In this document: piece after piece, positions 1-8,127 of the stretch
Numbering within the stretch: position 1 is the first letter of the stretch
Layout of the letters: each line of letters opens with the position of its first letter
Virus record (IMG/VR): IMGVR_UViG_3300045988_059196
DNA length: 33,706 bases
Source of the DNA: a virus
Direction: 5' to 3' (one strand)
Made by a program: the position numbers and the translations under genes
The notes under the pieces: model-generated
The model's input: the letters and a program-made list of their open reading frames with translations, nothing else
Databases searched by the model: none
What the model was told of the DNA's origin: nothing

Positions 1-79
1 CTTTTTAAGTGAGTGGTAACATTGGAACATTCTTTCCTAATAGACTTTACACATATGGGCGTTAGGGGCGCGCGCGAAA
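1..79. repeat. Direct terminal repeat, copy A (79 nt, identical to 33628-33706). Indicates a circular or terminally redundant complete genome of 33627 bp.
   Basis: Compared base by base: ctttttaagtgagtggtaacatt...ggggcgcgcgcgaaa occurs at both window ends. Confidence 0.95.
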
Positions 80-175
80 CGCCTATCCGCCTGATCGTGC
101 CCGTCTATACGCGCGCGGGCGCGCGAGAGTTACCAGTGTATGAATTTTACGGTTTGGGAGGGAGGCAAGTAACTG

Positions 176-484
176 ATGTTGGAAAGAAGCGTTGAGCGGA
201 TGCTGCGCGACGGGATTAAGGCGCGCGTTCCAAAGGCCCGCTGTCTGAAATTTGTGACCCCCGGTTTTACAGGAGTGCCCGATAGGATTATTCTGCTTCC
301 CGGTGCGGAAACGGTATTCGTAGAGCTGAAACGTCCGGGACAAGTGGAACGGCAGCGGCAGCTATTCGTACAGGCTGGGCTGCGGAAGCTGGGCTTTAAG
401 GTGTTTTCTGCGGTAGATTCTCCTGAGAAGGTTCAGGAAGTGATTGACTACTGCGGTCGGTGCGAAGGAGGCGGCGGGGCATGA
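176..484 (+). CDS. VRR-NUC domain nuclease
   Basis: 102-aa ORF with the PD-(D/E)xK-type core GVPDRIILLPGAETVFVELKRPG, as in VRR-NUC proteins. It sits next to an SNF2 helicase, a common phage pairing, and its stop overlaps the next start (ATGA). Confidence 0.8.
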   Translation: MLERSVERMLRDGIKARVPKARCLKFVTPGFTGVPDRIILLPGAETVFVELKRPGQVERQRQLFVQAGLRKLGFKVFSAVDSPEKVQEVIDYCGRCEGGGGA

Positions 485-1884
485 AGTTTGTCCCTCATGA
501 TTACCAGCGGTACTGTGAGGAGAAGATCATCGAAACGCCAAACATTGCCCTGTTTCTGGACATGGGACTCGGCAAGACGGTGATTACCCTGACCGCCATT
601 TACAAGCTGAAATACCACCGATTCGCCCTGCGGCGAGCGCTGGTGGTGGCGCCGAAGAAGGTAGCAGAAGCGACATGGAGCAATGAAACCGCAAAATGGG
701 ATCACCTGTCCGCTTTGAGGGTGTCTGTGGTGCTCGGTTCGGCGGCGCGTCGAGAAGCTGCTCTGGCGGCGGAAGCGGATGTGTACGTCATCAACCGAGA
801 TAACGTGGCGTGGCTGGTGGACTATTATTCTGACCCGCGCCACAAGGACAGGACGTGGCCATTTGACTGCGTAGTGCTGGATGAATCGTCGAGCTTTAAG
901 AACCATCAAGCGATACGCTTTAAGAAGCTCAAAGTCATGCGCCCTCGCATTCGCCGCATGATTGAGCTGACCGGTACGCCTACCCCGCATGGGCTAACCG
1001 ACCTGTGGAGTCAAATCTATCTGCTGGACGGCGGCAAGCGGTTAGGGCGCACGGTGTCGGTGTACCGCGATATGTTTTTTCTGCCGGATAAGCGCAACGG
1101 TGCGACGGTGTGGTCTTATAAGCCCCGCGAAGGGGCACAGGAAGCCATTTATGGTCTGCTGAGTGATATATGCGTCAGCATGAAAGCAAGTGACTATCTG
1201 ACCCTACCTGACTGCATCAGCGAAGAAATCCCCGTGAAGCTGGATGAGAAAGCGCAGGCGGCTTACAGCAGGCTGGAGCGGGATATGCTGCTGGAGGTTG
1301 ACCCCGAAACGCTCATCACGGCAAATTCGGCGGGCGTGTTGACCAACAAGCTGTTGCAGTTGTGCGATGGCGCGGTATACGACGAGGCAGGCAATGCGAC
1401 CGTGGTGCATAACTGCAAGATTGAGGCGTTCATGGAAACCGTGGAACAGCTAAACGGGCAGCGGGCGCTTGTGTTCTATAATTTCCAGCACGATAAGGCG
1501 CGGCTGCTGGAGGCGCTGGGAAAGACGAAGCTACACGCGAGGGTGTATGAGGGCGCGGCGGACGAAGCGGATTGGAACGCTGGCAAGATTGATATTCTGC
1601 TGGCGCATCCCGCATCCTGCGCTTACGGCCTGAACCTCCAGCAGGGCGGGCATCATGTGATTTGGTTCGGGCTGACGTGGAGTCTGGAGCTGTACCAACA
1701 GGCCAACAAGCGCCTCCACCGGCAGGGGCAGGAGTATCCCGTAATCATCCACCATTTGATTGTGCAGGGCGGTGTGGATGAGGACGTGATGAAAGCCCTG
1801 TCCGGCAAGGAAAAGACGCAGGAGAGCCTCCTGAACGCCCTGCGGGTGCATTTGGAAAGGGCACGAAAGGAGAGTTGCGTATGA
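481..1884 (+). CDS. SNF2/DEAD-box family helicase
   Basis: Motif I LDMGLGKT, motif II VLDESSSFKN, C-terminal helicase motifs (LLAHPASCAYGLNLQ). RBS GAAGGAGG lies 9 nt upstream of ATG 481; the 460 start in the ORF track is an upstream extension. Confidence 0.9.
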   Translation: MKFVPHDYQRYCEEKIIETPNIALFLDMGLGKTVITLTAIYKLKYHRFALRRALVVAPKKVAEATWSNETAKWDHLSALRVSVVLGSAARREAALAAEADVYVINRDNVAWLVDYYSDPRHKDRTWPFDCVVLDESSSFKNHQAIRFKKLKVMRPRIRRMIELTGTPTPHGLTDLWSQIYLLDGGKRLGRTVSVYRDMFFLPDKRNGATVWSYKPREGAQEAIYGLLSDICVSMKASDYLTLPDCISEEIPVKLDEKAQAAYSRLERDMLLEVDPETLITANSAGVLTNKLLQLCDGAVYDEAGNATVVHNCKIEAFMETVEQLNGQRALVFYNFQHDKARLLEALGKTKLHARVYEGAADEADWNAGKIDILLAHPASCAYGLNLQQGGHHVIWFGLTWSLELYQQANKRLHRQGQEYPVIIHHLIVQGGVDEDVMKALSGKEKTQESLLNALRVHLERARKESCV

Positions 1885-2375
1885 CGGTGAAAGAACTGTC
1901 GAAGCTGTATCACCTGAACCGCGAGGTGGAACTGAATAAGCGGCAGCTTGAGCGGCTGGAAACGGATTGCGCCGAGGATGAAAGACTGCTGGCAGAATTA
2001 CGGTCTGCTATTGGCGACTGTTCGTCCCCTCCCCTGTCGGACATGCCCAAGGCGCACAACGTAAGCAGTCCGGTCGAAAACATGGTTATGCGCATCGGAC
2101 AGCTTGAAAGCAATATTCTGCGCAAGCGCAACGCCATCACAAATATGCGCGTGACCATCAGCACTCGGCAGACCCTTTGTCTGCTGGAGCGTGAGCGGTT
2201 GGAGGCGTACATCGACGGTATAGAGGATTCACTTCTGCGGCAGCTTTTCACCTTGCGCTTTGTCAACGGCCTGCCGTGGGAGCAATCGGCTTTTTCCCTG
2301 TGGGGTGCCAGCGGAAGGGGCGAGACGGCGCGCAAGATGTGCTATCGCTATCTCAAGGACGATAAGAGCACCTGA
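1881..2375 (+). CDS. Sigma-70 region-4-like / DUF1492-type phage transcriptional regulator (putative late activator)
   Basis: N-terminal coiled coil (ELSKLYHLNREVELNKRQLERLE). The C-terminus LRQLFTLRFVNGLPWEQSAFSLWGASGRGETARKMCYRYL resembles a sigma region 4 HTH. ATGA overlap with the helicase stop; RBS GAAAGGAGAG. Confidence 0.6.
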   Translation: MTVKELSKLYHLNREVELNKRQLERLETDCAEDERLLAELRSAIGDCSSPPLSDMPKAHNVSSPVENMVMRIGQLESNILRKRNAITNMRVTISTRQTLCLLERERLEAYIDGIEDSLLRQLFTLRFVNGLPWEQSAFSLWGASGRGETARKMCYRYLKDDKST

Positions 2376-2606
2376 CGTGGAGGTTGTCCCGCTTTGTCCC
2401 GCGACAATTCCTGTCAAGTGTGTTATGTTATATGGGCAGACATCGGCTTCCGCAATGCGCACGTTTCGGTCTTTCCGGCGCTGGCGGGTTCGCCTCCTTC
2501 CCGCATCTATGCGGAGGCCCTTATTCGGGGTGTTTGCAAGGACTCATACGACGTAAGGGCAGCGCCGTGTGAGTCCTTTATTGTGCGCAGAAAGGGGGCG
2601 GATACC

Positions 2607-3263
2607 ATGCCGCAATATCGCGCCGAACGGAACTACGAAAACCTGAACAAGGGCATTTTTCAGGGCACAACGGATTTAGGCATTCCGTATATCGCCCCGG
2701 AGGACTGTGACGTAGAAAACTGGATCAGCTTCAATTACGCCAAAACCGCGAAGGAAGAACAGTCACGGCACGGCGTACACTTCTTTATCGACGATTACCA
2801 GTTTACGCGCTTGTGGACACAGCCGGACACCTATTTGCCGCTGTTGCAGCGCTTTCCCGCCGTCATGACTCCCGACTTTTCAACATACACCGACTTTCCT
2901 GTGGCTATTCAGCTCTACAACCATTACCGCAAGCACTGGCTTGGCGCGTACTGGCAGTACGAGGGAATGCTGGTGATTCCGACCATCAGTTGGAGCGGCC
3001 ACCGTTCCTACGACTGGTGCTTTGACGGTGAACCCGTGGGCGGGTGCGTGGCTGTTTCCGCCGTTGGGACGCAGATGGCGGCGGCGCAAAAACAGTTGTT
3101 CATCGACGGATACCGGGAAATGATGGATAGGCTCAAGCCGTCCAAGATTATCTTTTACGGCGATGTGCCGGATGAATGCTACGGCAACATCGTACAGATA
3201 CAGGCATTTCAGGACGCTATCAAGAAACGCAGGAAGGAGGCGCAGAAGCAGCATGGGAGGTAG
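2607..3263 (+). CDS. DUF4417 domain protein
   Basis: HFFIDDYQFTRLW and the downstream W/Y-rich core match my memory of DUF4417. RBS AAAGGGGGCGG precedes ATG 2607; the ORF-track N-terminal extension from 2394 has no RBS and odd composition. Confidence 0.6.
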   Translation: MPQYRAERNYENLNKGIFQGTTDLGIPYIAPEDCDVENWISFNYAKTAKEEQSRHGVHFFIDDYQFTRLWTQPDTYLPLLQRFPAVMTPDFSTYTDFPVAIQLYNHYRKHWLGAYWQYEGMLVIPTISWSGHRSYDWCFDGEPVGGCVAVSAVGTQMAAAQKQLFIDGYREMMDRLKPSKIIFYGDVPDECYGNIVQIQAFQDAIKKRRKEAQKQHGR

Positions 3264-3990
3264 AGGATCAGGCTCGCGCATCGTGAGCACAAGACCGCCA
3301 CAAGCGCAGACCGGCGCACAGGCACAAACCGCCGCGGCGACCGGCGGCCCTGCGGCGCGTGTGTATGCCGGGCCGTTTGTCCATATGACACAGCAGGACG
3401 CGGACGACATGGCGCAGGCGCAGAACCGCTATGACATCAACACAAGGCTTGCAATCAACCAGTACATCCGTGAGGATGCGCAGTCCAACGGCTTTACGCT
3501 GTCCCAAAATATGAACCACAAGCTGGAGAACGGGCAAACGCTGGACGCCACAGAAACCTATGTTGCACAGCGTCTCGACGCGGCTATGCACGATTTGGGC
3601 AAAAACACGATGCTGTTCCGTGCGGCGCACAAGGATTTTCTGGAGGCACTGGGCGTGCAGAACTACCAGAATATGACCCCGGCGCAGCTTGACGCGGCGG
3701 TGAAGGGCGCGGAGTACAAGGAGAAAAAGTTTGTGTCCACCGCCTTTGACCGCTCCAAGAACCCGTTCATCAGCGGTGCGCAGTCAGGCGGGCGCGAGGT
3801 GTACCTAAACATCAAAGCTCCGGGCGGTACGAAATGCGTACTGGGCAACGCGAAGCAAGCCGAAATCATTCTTTCCCGCGGCACGGTGTTCCGCGCTACG
3901 GGCGCGCACTTTGACGGCACGACGGCCTACCCGCGATTGGGCGGCGCATTGCCGCGTGTCGTGGTAGACATCGAAATTATTACCGAGTAA
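3253..3990 (+). CDS. ADP-ribosyltransferase, C3/exoenzyme-like (R-S-E class)
   Basis: 245 aa. Motifs are at C3-like spacing: AINQYIRED, LFR (R123), FVSTAF (S162-T163), ARTT-like KQAEIILSRG (Q202-x-E204). ATG 3253 follows AGGAAGGAGG and overlaps the DUF4417 stop. Confidence 0.8.
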   Translation: MGGRGSGSRIVSTRPPQAQTGAQAQTAAATGGPAARVYAGPFVHMTQQDADDMAQAQNRYDINTRLAINQYIREDAQSNGFTLSQNMNHKLENGQTLDATETYVAQRLDAAMHDLGKNTMLFRAAHKDFLEALGVQNYQNMTPAQLDAAVKGAEYKEKKFVSTAFDRSKNPFISGAQSGGREVYLNIKAPGGTKCVLGNAKQAEIILSRGTVFRATGAHFDGTTAYPRLGGALPRVVVDIEIITE

Positions 3991-4004
3991 GGGAGGAGCA
4001 TCAC

Positions 4005-4184
4005 ATGGCTACCAGCAAGACGAGCAAGGCTTCCAAGACGGCGGAAAAGAAGGGCGGCAGAAAGACCGCTGAGAACAGCCCTCAGATGGGCGAGGAACGC
4101 TTCATCGCCACGGGCAAGAGTGTTACCCTGCTCAAGCCCGCAAAGGGCGCACGGGGCGTTTCTGGCGGAAAGAAGGGCAAGTAA
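4005..4184 (+). CDS. Small lysine-rich basic protein (59 aa), not in the ORF track
   Basis: RBS GGGAGGAG 6 nt upstream of ATG 4005. Translation MATSKTSKASKTAEKKGGRK...VSGGKKGK. Its stop abuts the next ATG (TAAATG), and it fills the gap between two genes. Confidence 0.6.
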   Translation: MATSKTSKASKTAEKKGGRKTAENSPQMGEERFIATGKSVTLLKPAKGARGVSGGKKGK

Positions 4185-4919
4185 ATGGGCGGACGCGGTG
4201 CAAACTTTCAGCGCACTGTGTCGCCGCCGATACAGACGCAGCAGTTACAGCCTGACCCGTTGAACGGCACACAGCCTCCGACCGGCGTAACACAGGCGGC
4301 TCTTGCGAACATGAGCGACCAAGAGCTTCACGATTTTCTGATTGACGTGAACAAGACCGACATTCCGTCTTTCCTGAGCGACCTCCACCTCCAGCGTATG
4401 CTTTACGCTATGGGCATGAACGGCAAGCCGGAAGTCGTCGATCAAAACACGTTCGATGGGCTGGCGCAGAACTCGCCTGTCCTATACCGCACAGTAAATG
4501 ACACCGTAGTTGATGGTGTCCCCTTTACATCGAGCGACTGTTGTGATATGCTTATAGATGGCGACTTGACCTTTGTCGGTAGGGGCATCCACGGCGACGG
4601 TCTGTACTTCTCTAACTCGCTGACCGGCTCCAAAGCCTACGGCGACCACACGGGGCAGACCGTTGGTGCGGTGCTGAACAGCAAGGCGAGGGTTATTTCC
4701 GAGACTCAGCTCAGGCAGGACTACGACGCCTTTGTGAAGTCCCATCCGCAGGCGCGCAAGGCGCTGGGCTTTGCGAAGTCGCACAGCTCGCACGACAGTT
4801 ACAGCCAATTCGCCCTGATACGCGGCTACAATGTTATCTCGTCAGACCAGTACGACGACGAAACGTACTATACGGTGCTTGATCGAAGCGCCTTGACCAT
4901 GACCAATAAGCGCTATTAA
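4185..4919 (+). CDS. Second ADP-ribosyltransferase-like protein (PARP-like spacing, R-Y/S-E)
   Basis: 244 aa. VLYR (R102), GDGLYFSNSLTGSKAY (Y141; resembles the PARP GxGxYFA...Y motif), DDETYYTVLD (E226). Shares the N-terminal MGGRG with the upstream ART. Confidence 0.5.
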   Translation: MGGRGANFQRTVSPPIQTQQLQPDPLNGTQPPTGVTQAALANMSDQELHDFLIDVNKTDIPSFLSDLHLQRMLYAMGMNGKPEVVDQNTFDGLAQNSPVLYRTVNDTVVDGVPFTSSDCCDMLIDGDLTFVGRGIHGDGLYFSNSLTGSKAYGDHTGQTVGAVLNSKARVISETQLRQDYDAFVKSHPQARKALGFAKSHSSHDSYSQFALIRGYNVISSDQYDDETYYTVLDRSALTMTNKRY

Positions 4920-4937
4920 CAGCAAGGAGGAAGCATC

Positions 4938-5081
4938 ATGGACATCAACGAAAAGCTCCGTAGCTTGACCCCTGAACAGGCGAACAAGCTCGCCGGTCAT
5001 CTTAATTCCTGCTATCCCGACAAGAAGAAGCCCGCCCCCGCGAAGAAGAAACCCGCGGCGAAGGGCGGCAAGAAGAAGTAA
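4938..5081 (+). CDS. Small lysine-rich protein (47 aa), not in the ORF track
   Basis: RBS CAAGGAGGAA precedes ATG 4938. Translation MDINEKLRSLTPEQANKLAGHLNSCYPDKKKPAPAKKKPAAKGGKKK. A terminator follows. Confidence 0.55.
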   Translation: MDINEKLRSLTPEQANKLAGHLNSCYPDKKKPAPAKKKPAAKGGKKK

Positions 5082-5100
5082 TCAGAACCGCATACGCAGA

Positions 5101-5135
5101 GCCGCAGAGGGTGCAAGGCCCCCTGCGGCTTTTTC
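5101..5135 (+). terminator. Rho-independent terminator
   Basis: GC-rich imperfect hairpin gccgcagaggg / ccccctgcggc followed by TTTTT. Confidence 0.6.
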
Positions 5136-5164
5136 CGTGCCAAGCAGACGGGAGGTGACACGCT

Positions 5165-5722
5165 TTGGCAAAGGGAGGAAGTAAGCCGGGCGGGCCACAA
5201 TCCAAAAACCTGATCCCAGTGACGCAGCGTTCGCCCGAAGAAGCGCAGGCCATCCGAAGCAAGGGCGGCAAGGCGCGGGCGAAGCAGCGGCACGAACAAG
5301 CACTGCTTTCGCAGATTATCCGTTCGGTGCTGGCTATGGGCTACCGCAAGGGCGCAGTAGCCGACCCCAACGACATTTACACGCTGGAAGAAGCGAAGAA
5401 AAAGAACGTCCCCATTCAGACGCTCATCGTCATGCAGGAAGTGGAGAAGTATCTGGCGACGGGAAACACCGAGTCCCGCGACTGGCTTTTCAAGTACGCT
5501 TTCGGCGAAAACGCCCCTCTGCCGGATTCCCCGGAGGGTGAAGCGGCGGCGCAGGAAGAGGACGGCATCAGCATCCACCTGATACGGGGGGATAAGCCGC
5601 AGGAGCAGGAAAGCGCAGAGGACAAAGCTACACGGGAAGAGGCGAGAAAGGCGACGGCGGAAGCGCTGAAAGCCATCGGTCAGGCCGCCGAAGAAGCGGG
5701 AGCGGATCAAGATGCACAGTGA
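5165..5722 (+). CDS. terS: Terminase small subunit (TTG start)
   Basis: Lies immediately upstream of and overlapping terL. Basic N-terminus (KGGSKPGG, SKGGKARAK) and acidic C-terminus. GGGAGGTG sits 7 nt upstream of TTG 5165. Confidence 0.65.
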   Translation: MAKGGSKPGGPQSKNLIPVTQRSPEEAQAIRSKGGKARAKQRHEQALLSQIIRSVLAMGYRKGAVADPNDIYTLEEAKKKNVPIQTLIVMQEVEKYLATGNTESRDWLFKYAFGENAPLPDSPEGEAAAQEEDGISIHLIRGDKPQEQESAEDKATREEARKATAEALKAIGQAAEEAGADQDAQ

Positions 5723-6956
5723 TGTTTACATCGAGGACTTGCTCGCCCCCAACTATGACGCGCTGCTGGAGGACGTGCTGGCGCATCGGCATTCGCAGTA
5801 CATGCTCAAGGGTGGGCGTGGTTCGCTGAAATCCTCTTTTACCGGCTTTGTTATTCCGCTGATTATGCTGGAGCATCCCGACGTGAACGCCCTGATTCTG
5901 CGCAAGACGGCGAAAACCCTGCGCGATTCTGTGTTTGGGCAGATGCAATTCGCCATCGACAAGCTGGGCCTGAGCGACGAGTTCACCTGCCGGGTGTCGC
6001 CCATGCAGATTAAGCGCGAGAAAACGGGGCAGGTTATCCTTTTCCGAGGGCTGGACGACCCTATGAAAATCAAGTCCATCAAAGCGCCCCGCGGCTACTT
6101 TGGCGTGACGTGGTTCGAGGAAGCCGACCAATTCTCCGGCATGAAGGAAATCCGTTCCGTGCTGCAATCCGCAAGACGCGGCGGCGACCTGTACTGGAAC
6201 TTCATGACGTTCAACCCGCCTGAAACGCAGTCGAACTTCATGAATGAAGAGGTGCTGAGGCCCACTCGCGATACCCTCGTGCATTCGTCGGACTATCGCA
6301 GCGTACCGCCTGAGTGGCTGGGACAGCAGTTTTTCAACGATGCTCTGGAGCTTGCGCTGATTAACCCCAAGGCGTACCGGCACGAGTATCTGGGCGAGGT
6401 CACAGGCACAGGCGGCGAGGTGTTTGACAACCTTGTTATCCGCGAAATTCCAGACAGCGAAATCGCAACGTTCGGCAGCATCTACTTTGGGCTGGACTTT
6501 GGCTGGTATCCCGACCCCGCCCATTGGGTGAAATGCTGCTACAATCCCGCACAGTTGACCCTTTACATCTTCGACGAACTGCGGGCAATCAAAACCAGTA
6601 ACGCCGAGCTGTGGCGGCGCTTGCAGGACGAAAAGGGCATGACTGAAAACGACCCTATCATAGCTGACAGCGCCGAACCGAAAAGCGTTTCCGACCTGCG
6701 CTCCTATGGCTGCTCCTGCCGGGGCGCTGAAAAGGGCCCGGACAGCGTTCGATACAGCATGAAGTGGCTGCAATCGCTGAAAGCCATCGTCATAGACCCT
6801 GCCCGATGCCCCGAAACGGCGCGGGAGTTCACGCATTACGAGTATGAGCGCACGGCGGACGGCGACGTGGTAAGCGGCTACCCGGATGCAGATAACCACT
6901 CCATCGACGCGGTGCGCTACGCGCTGAACCGCGTATGGAAGCGCAAAGGACAATAA
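5712..6956 (+). CDS. terL: Terminase large subunit (PBSX/Terminase_3-like)
   Basis: Walker A LKGGRGSLKS, Walker B-like VTWFEEAD, C-terminal nuclease motifs (GLDFGW, DADNHSIDAVRYAL). Confidence 0.92.
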   Translation: MHSDVYIEDLLAPNYDALLEDVLAHRHSQYMLKGGRGSLKSSFTGFVIPLIMLEHPDVNALILRKTAKTLRDSVFGQMQFAIDKLGLSDEFTCRVSPMQIKREKTGQVILFRGLDDPMKIKSIKAPRGYFGVTWFEEADQFSGMKEIRSVLQSARRGGDLYWNFMTFNPPETQSNFMNEEVLRPTRDTLVHSSDYRSVPPEWLGQQFFNDALELALINPKAYRHEYLGEVTGTGGEVFDNLVIREIPDSEIATFGSIYFGLDFGWYPDPAHWVKCCYNPAQLTLYIFDELRAIKTSNAELWRRLQDEKGMTENDPIIADSAEPKSVSDLRSYGCSCRGAEKGPDSVRYSMKWLQSLKAIVIDPARCPETAREFTHYEYERTADGDVVSGYPDADNHSIDAVRYALNRVWKRKGQ

Positions 6957-6991
6957 TTTGCCGAAAATTTTGTGCAAGTAACCCAGAACGA

Positions 6992-7020
6992 TTGACAGTC
7001 CTCCCCCGTAAGTGTATAAT
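6992..7020 (+). promoter_or_regulatory. Consensus sigma-70 promoter (TTGACA, 17 nt spacer, TATAAT)
   Basis: TTGACA at 6992-6997 and TATAAT at 7015-7020, exact 17-nt spacer, about 40 nt upstream of ATG 7060. Confidence 0.75.
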
Positions 7021-7059
7021 ATTTTTAACTCCATAACACTTCATAGGGAGGCATTCACC

Positions 7060-7590
7060 ATGAAAAAGTTTCTCACGGTGCTTCTTGCTTTACTGCTTCT
7101 GTGCGGCTCTTGCCTTGCGGAGGGGCTGGATTACGCATCCATGACCGACGCACAGCTTCACGACATCGTGGACGCGGCGCGGAACGAGCTGACCAAACGG
7201 GAGCTCGTGGCCGCAGAAAAGACGGTGCTGTTCGAGCAGGACGGCGTAACGGTGTACATGACCGGCGATTACACGATACGGGAAAGCAGCATCAGCGATG
7301 ATATTTGGCTGAAAATCAACATCGTCGTCGTGAACGATTCCGGGCGTGACGTAGGCATTGATACTGTCAACCCCTCGGTAAACGGCTGGGATGTTTCGGC
7401 AAGCATCCTGTCTACTACCACCAAGGGAAAGAAGAGCAAGCAGGAATTGACGCTGAACGTAAAGGACGCGGAAGTAAAAAGCCTTGAGGAAATCGAGGAG
7501 CTGGAAATTGCGTTCCGCATGTACGACGGCGAGACATACAAGACCTTCGCGGAAATCCCCGCCATCACGCTTCACTTCAACGTGCAGTAA
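7060..7590 (+). CDS. Secreted protein or possible lipoprotein of unknown function
   Basis: Signal peptide MKKFLTVLLALLLLCGSCLA/EG. RBS TAGGGAGG. Has its own promoter. Beta-rich C-terminal domain. The lipobox is non-canonical. Confidence 0.7.
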   Translation: MKKFLTVLLALLLLCGSCLAEGLDYASMTDAQLHDIVDAARNELTKRELVAAEKTVLFEQDGVTVYMTGDYTIRESSISDDIWLKINIVVVNDSGRDVGIDTVNPSVNGWDVSASILSTTTKGKKSKQELTLNVKDAEVKSLEEIEELEIAFRMYDGETYKTFAEIPAITLHFNVQ

Positions 7591-7602
7591 GGAGGACATG
7601 TC

Positions 7603-7764
7603 ATGAAGTTCATTGGCATTGCGTTAATCGTCATCGGCGTTCTGGCGCTGGTCGCCTCCACCATCGGCTTTGGTGACATCGGTCTGTCCTTCGGTGCGAC
7701 CGGCGTTGTGGCTATCCTCTGCGGCATCGGCTTCTTGAAAGTCAATAAGCGGTTGAAGGGATAA
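7603..7764 (+). CDS. Small membrane protein (53 aa, two predicted TM helices), not in the ORF track
   Basis: RBS AAGGAGGA 6 nt upstream. Translation MKFIGIALIVIGVLALVASTIGFGDIGLSFGATGVVAILCGIGFLKVNKRLKG. Confidence 0.6.
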   Translation: MKFIGIALIVIGVLALVASTIGFGDIGLSFGATGVVAILCGIGFLKVNKRLKG

Positions 7765-7786
7765 GCACACAGTCTGATACACCCCC

Positions 7787-7813
7787 AAGGAGCGCACAAC
7801 GCGCTCCTTTTTC
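7787..7813 (+). terminator. Rho-independent terminator
   Basis: aaggagcgc / gcgctcctt 9-bp stem, 5-nt loop, then a T-run. Confidence 0.75.
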
Positions 7814-7834
7814 TATGTCGTCAGCTAAAAATAT

Positions 7835-7863
7835 TTGACTTTAAGGGTAACTTGTGCTAAAAT
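7835..7863 (+). promoter_or_regulatory. Sigma-70 promoter with extended -10 (TTGACT, 17 nt spacer, TGcTAAAAT)
   Basis: TTGACT 7835-7840, TGc 7855-7857, TAAAAT 7858-7863, in an AT-rich stretch. Confidence 0.55.
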
Positions 7864-7893
7864 AATTTAATTACGGATTTTTGCAAAAAGGGC

Positions 7894-7922
7894 TTGACTT
7901 TTTGATTACCGAAAAGTATAAT
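7894..7922 (+). promoter_or_regulatory. Sigma-70 promoter (TTGACT, 17 nt spacer, TATAAT)
   Basis: TTGACT 7894-7899 and TATAAT 7917-7922, 28 nt upstream of ATG 7951. Confidence 0.7.
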
Positions 7923-7950
7923 AACATCGTGGCACAAAGGAGGTGGCACG

Positions 7951-8127
7951 ATGAGCCCACAAATGGGGCGGCCCAAAGCAGAGAATCCAAAGTCTAAGCA
8001 GATAATGGTTAGGCTTGACGCAGAAACAGACCGAAAACTTGAAGAACTCGCTGAGTTTTTCAAGGAGAAAAAAGTCGCTGTTGTGCGCCGAGGGATTGAA
8101 AAGCTGTACGCCGAAATTAAAAAATAG
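7951..8127 (+). CDS. Ribbon-helix-helix (CopG/Arc-like) DNA-binding protein, 58 aa, not in the ORF track
   Basis: RBS AAAGGAGG 7 nt upstream. MSPQMGRPKAENPKSKQIMVRLDAETDRKLEELAEFF... gives a beta-strand then two helices, the typical GRPK..NPK...VRLD RHH N-terminus. Confidence 0.7.
   Translation: MSPQMGRPKAENPKSKQIMVRLDAETDRKLEELAEFFKEKKVAVVRRGIEKLYAEIKK

Noticed and set aside
1-79. Terminal repeats as attL/attR or LTR-like ends of an integrated element
   Set aside because: There is no flanking host sequence and no integrase, and the repeat cuts through the non-coding repeat region at an arbitrary point. It is best explained as circular-assembly overlap or terminal redundancy.
13-195. 60-aa ORF, and the 78-aa ORF at 33389-33625, in the non-coding region
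   Set aside because: Both run through the repeat array or CG tracts, lack an RBS, and have low-complexity translations.
2394-2606. N-terminal extension of the DUF4417 ORF. Similar upstream extensions exist at 460, 1875, 3163, 7012, 8393, 15629, 27502, 29180 and 31213.
   Set aside because: The internal starts have proper Shine-Dalgarno sites or ATGA/TAATG coupling. The extensions have atypical composition and would overlap upstream genes or regulatory elements.
5790-5830. GGRGS in terL (LKGGRGSLKS) as related to the MGGRG N-termini of the two ART-like proteins
   Set aside because: In terL this is the Walker A P-loop in an internal position, so the resemblance is coincidental.
5628-7034. 468-aa minus-strand ORF; similar long minus-strand ORFs at 9229-10713, 10715-11872, 23708-25108, 28214-28978 and 31648-32907
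   Set aside because: Each is antisense to a + strand gene with clear family motifs (terL, portal, Mu-F, tail tip protein, DGR target, endolysin). All are treated as shadow ORFs.
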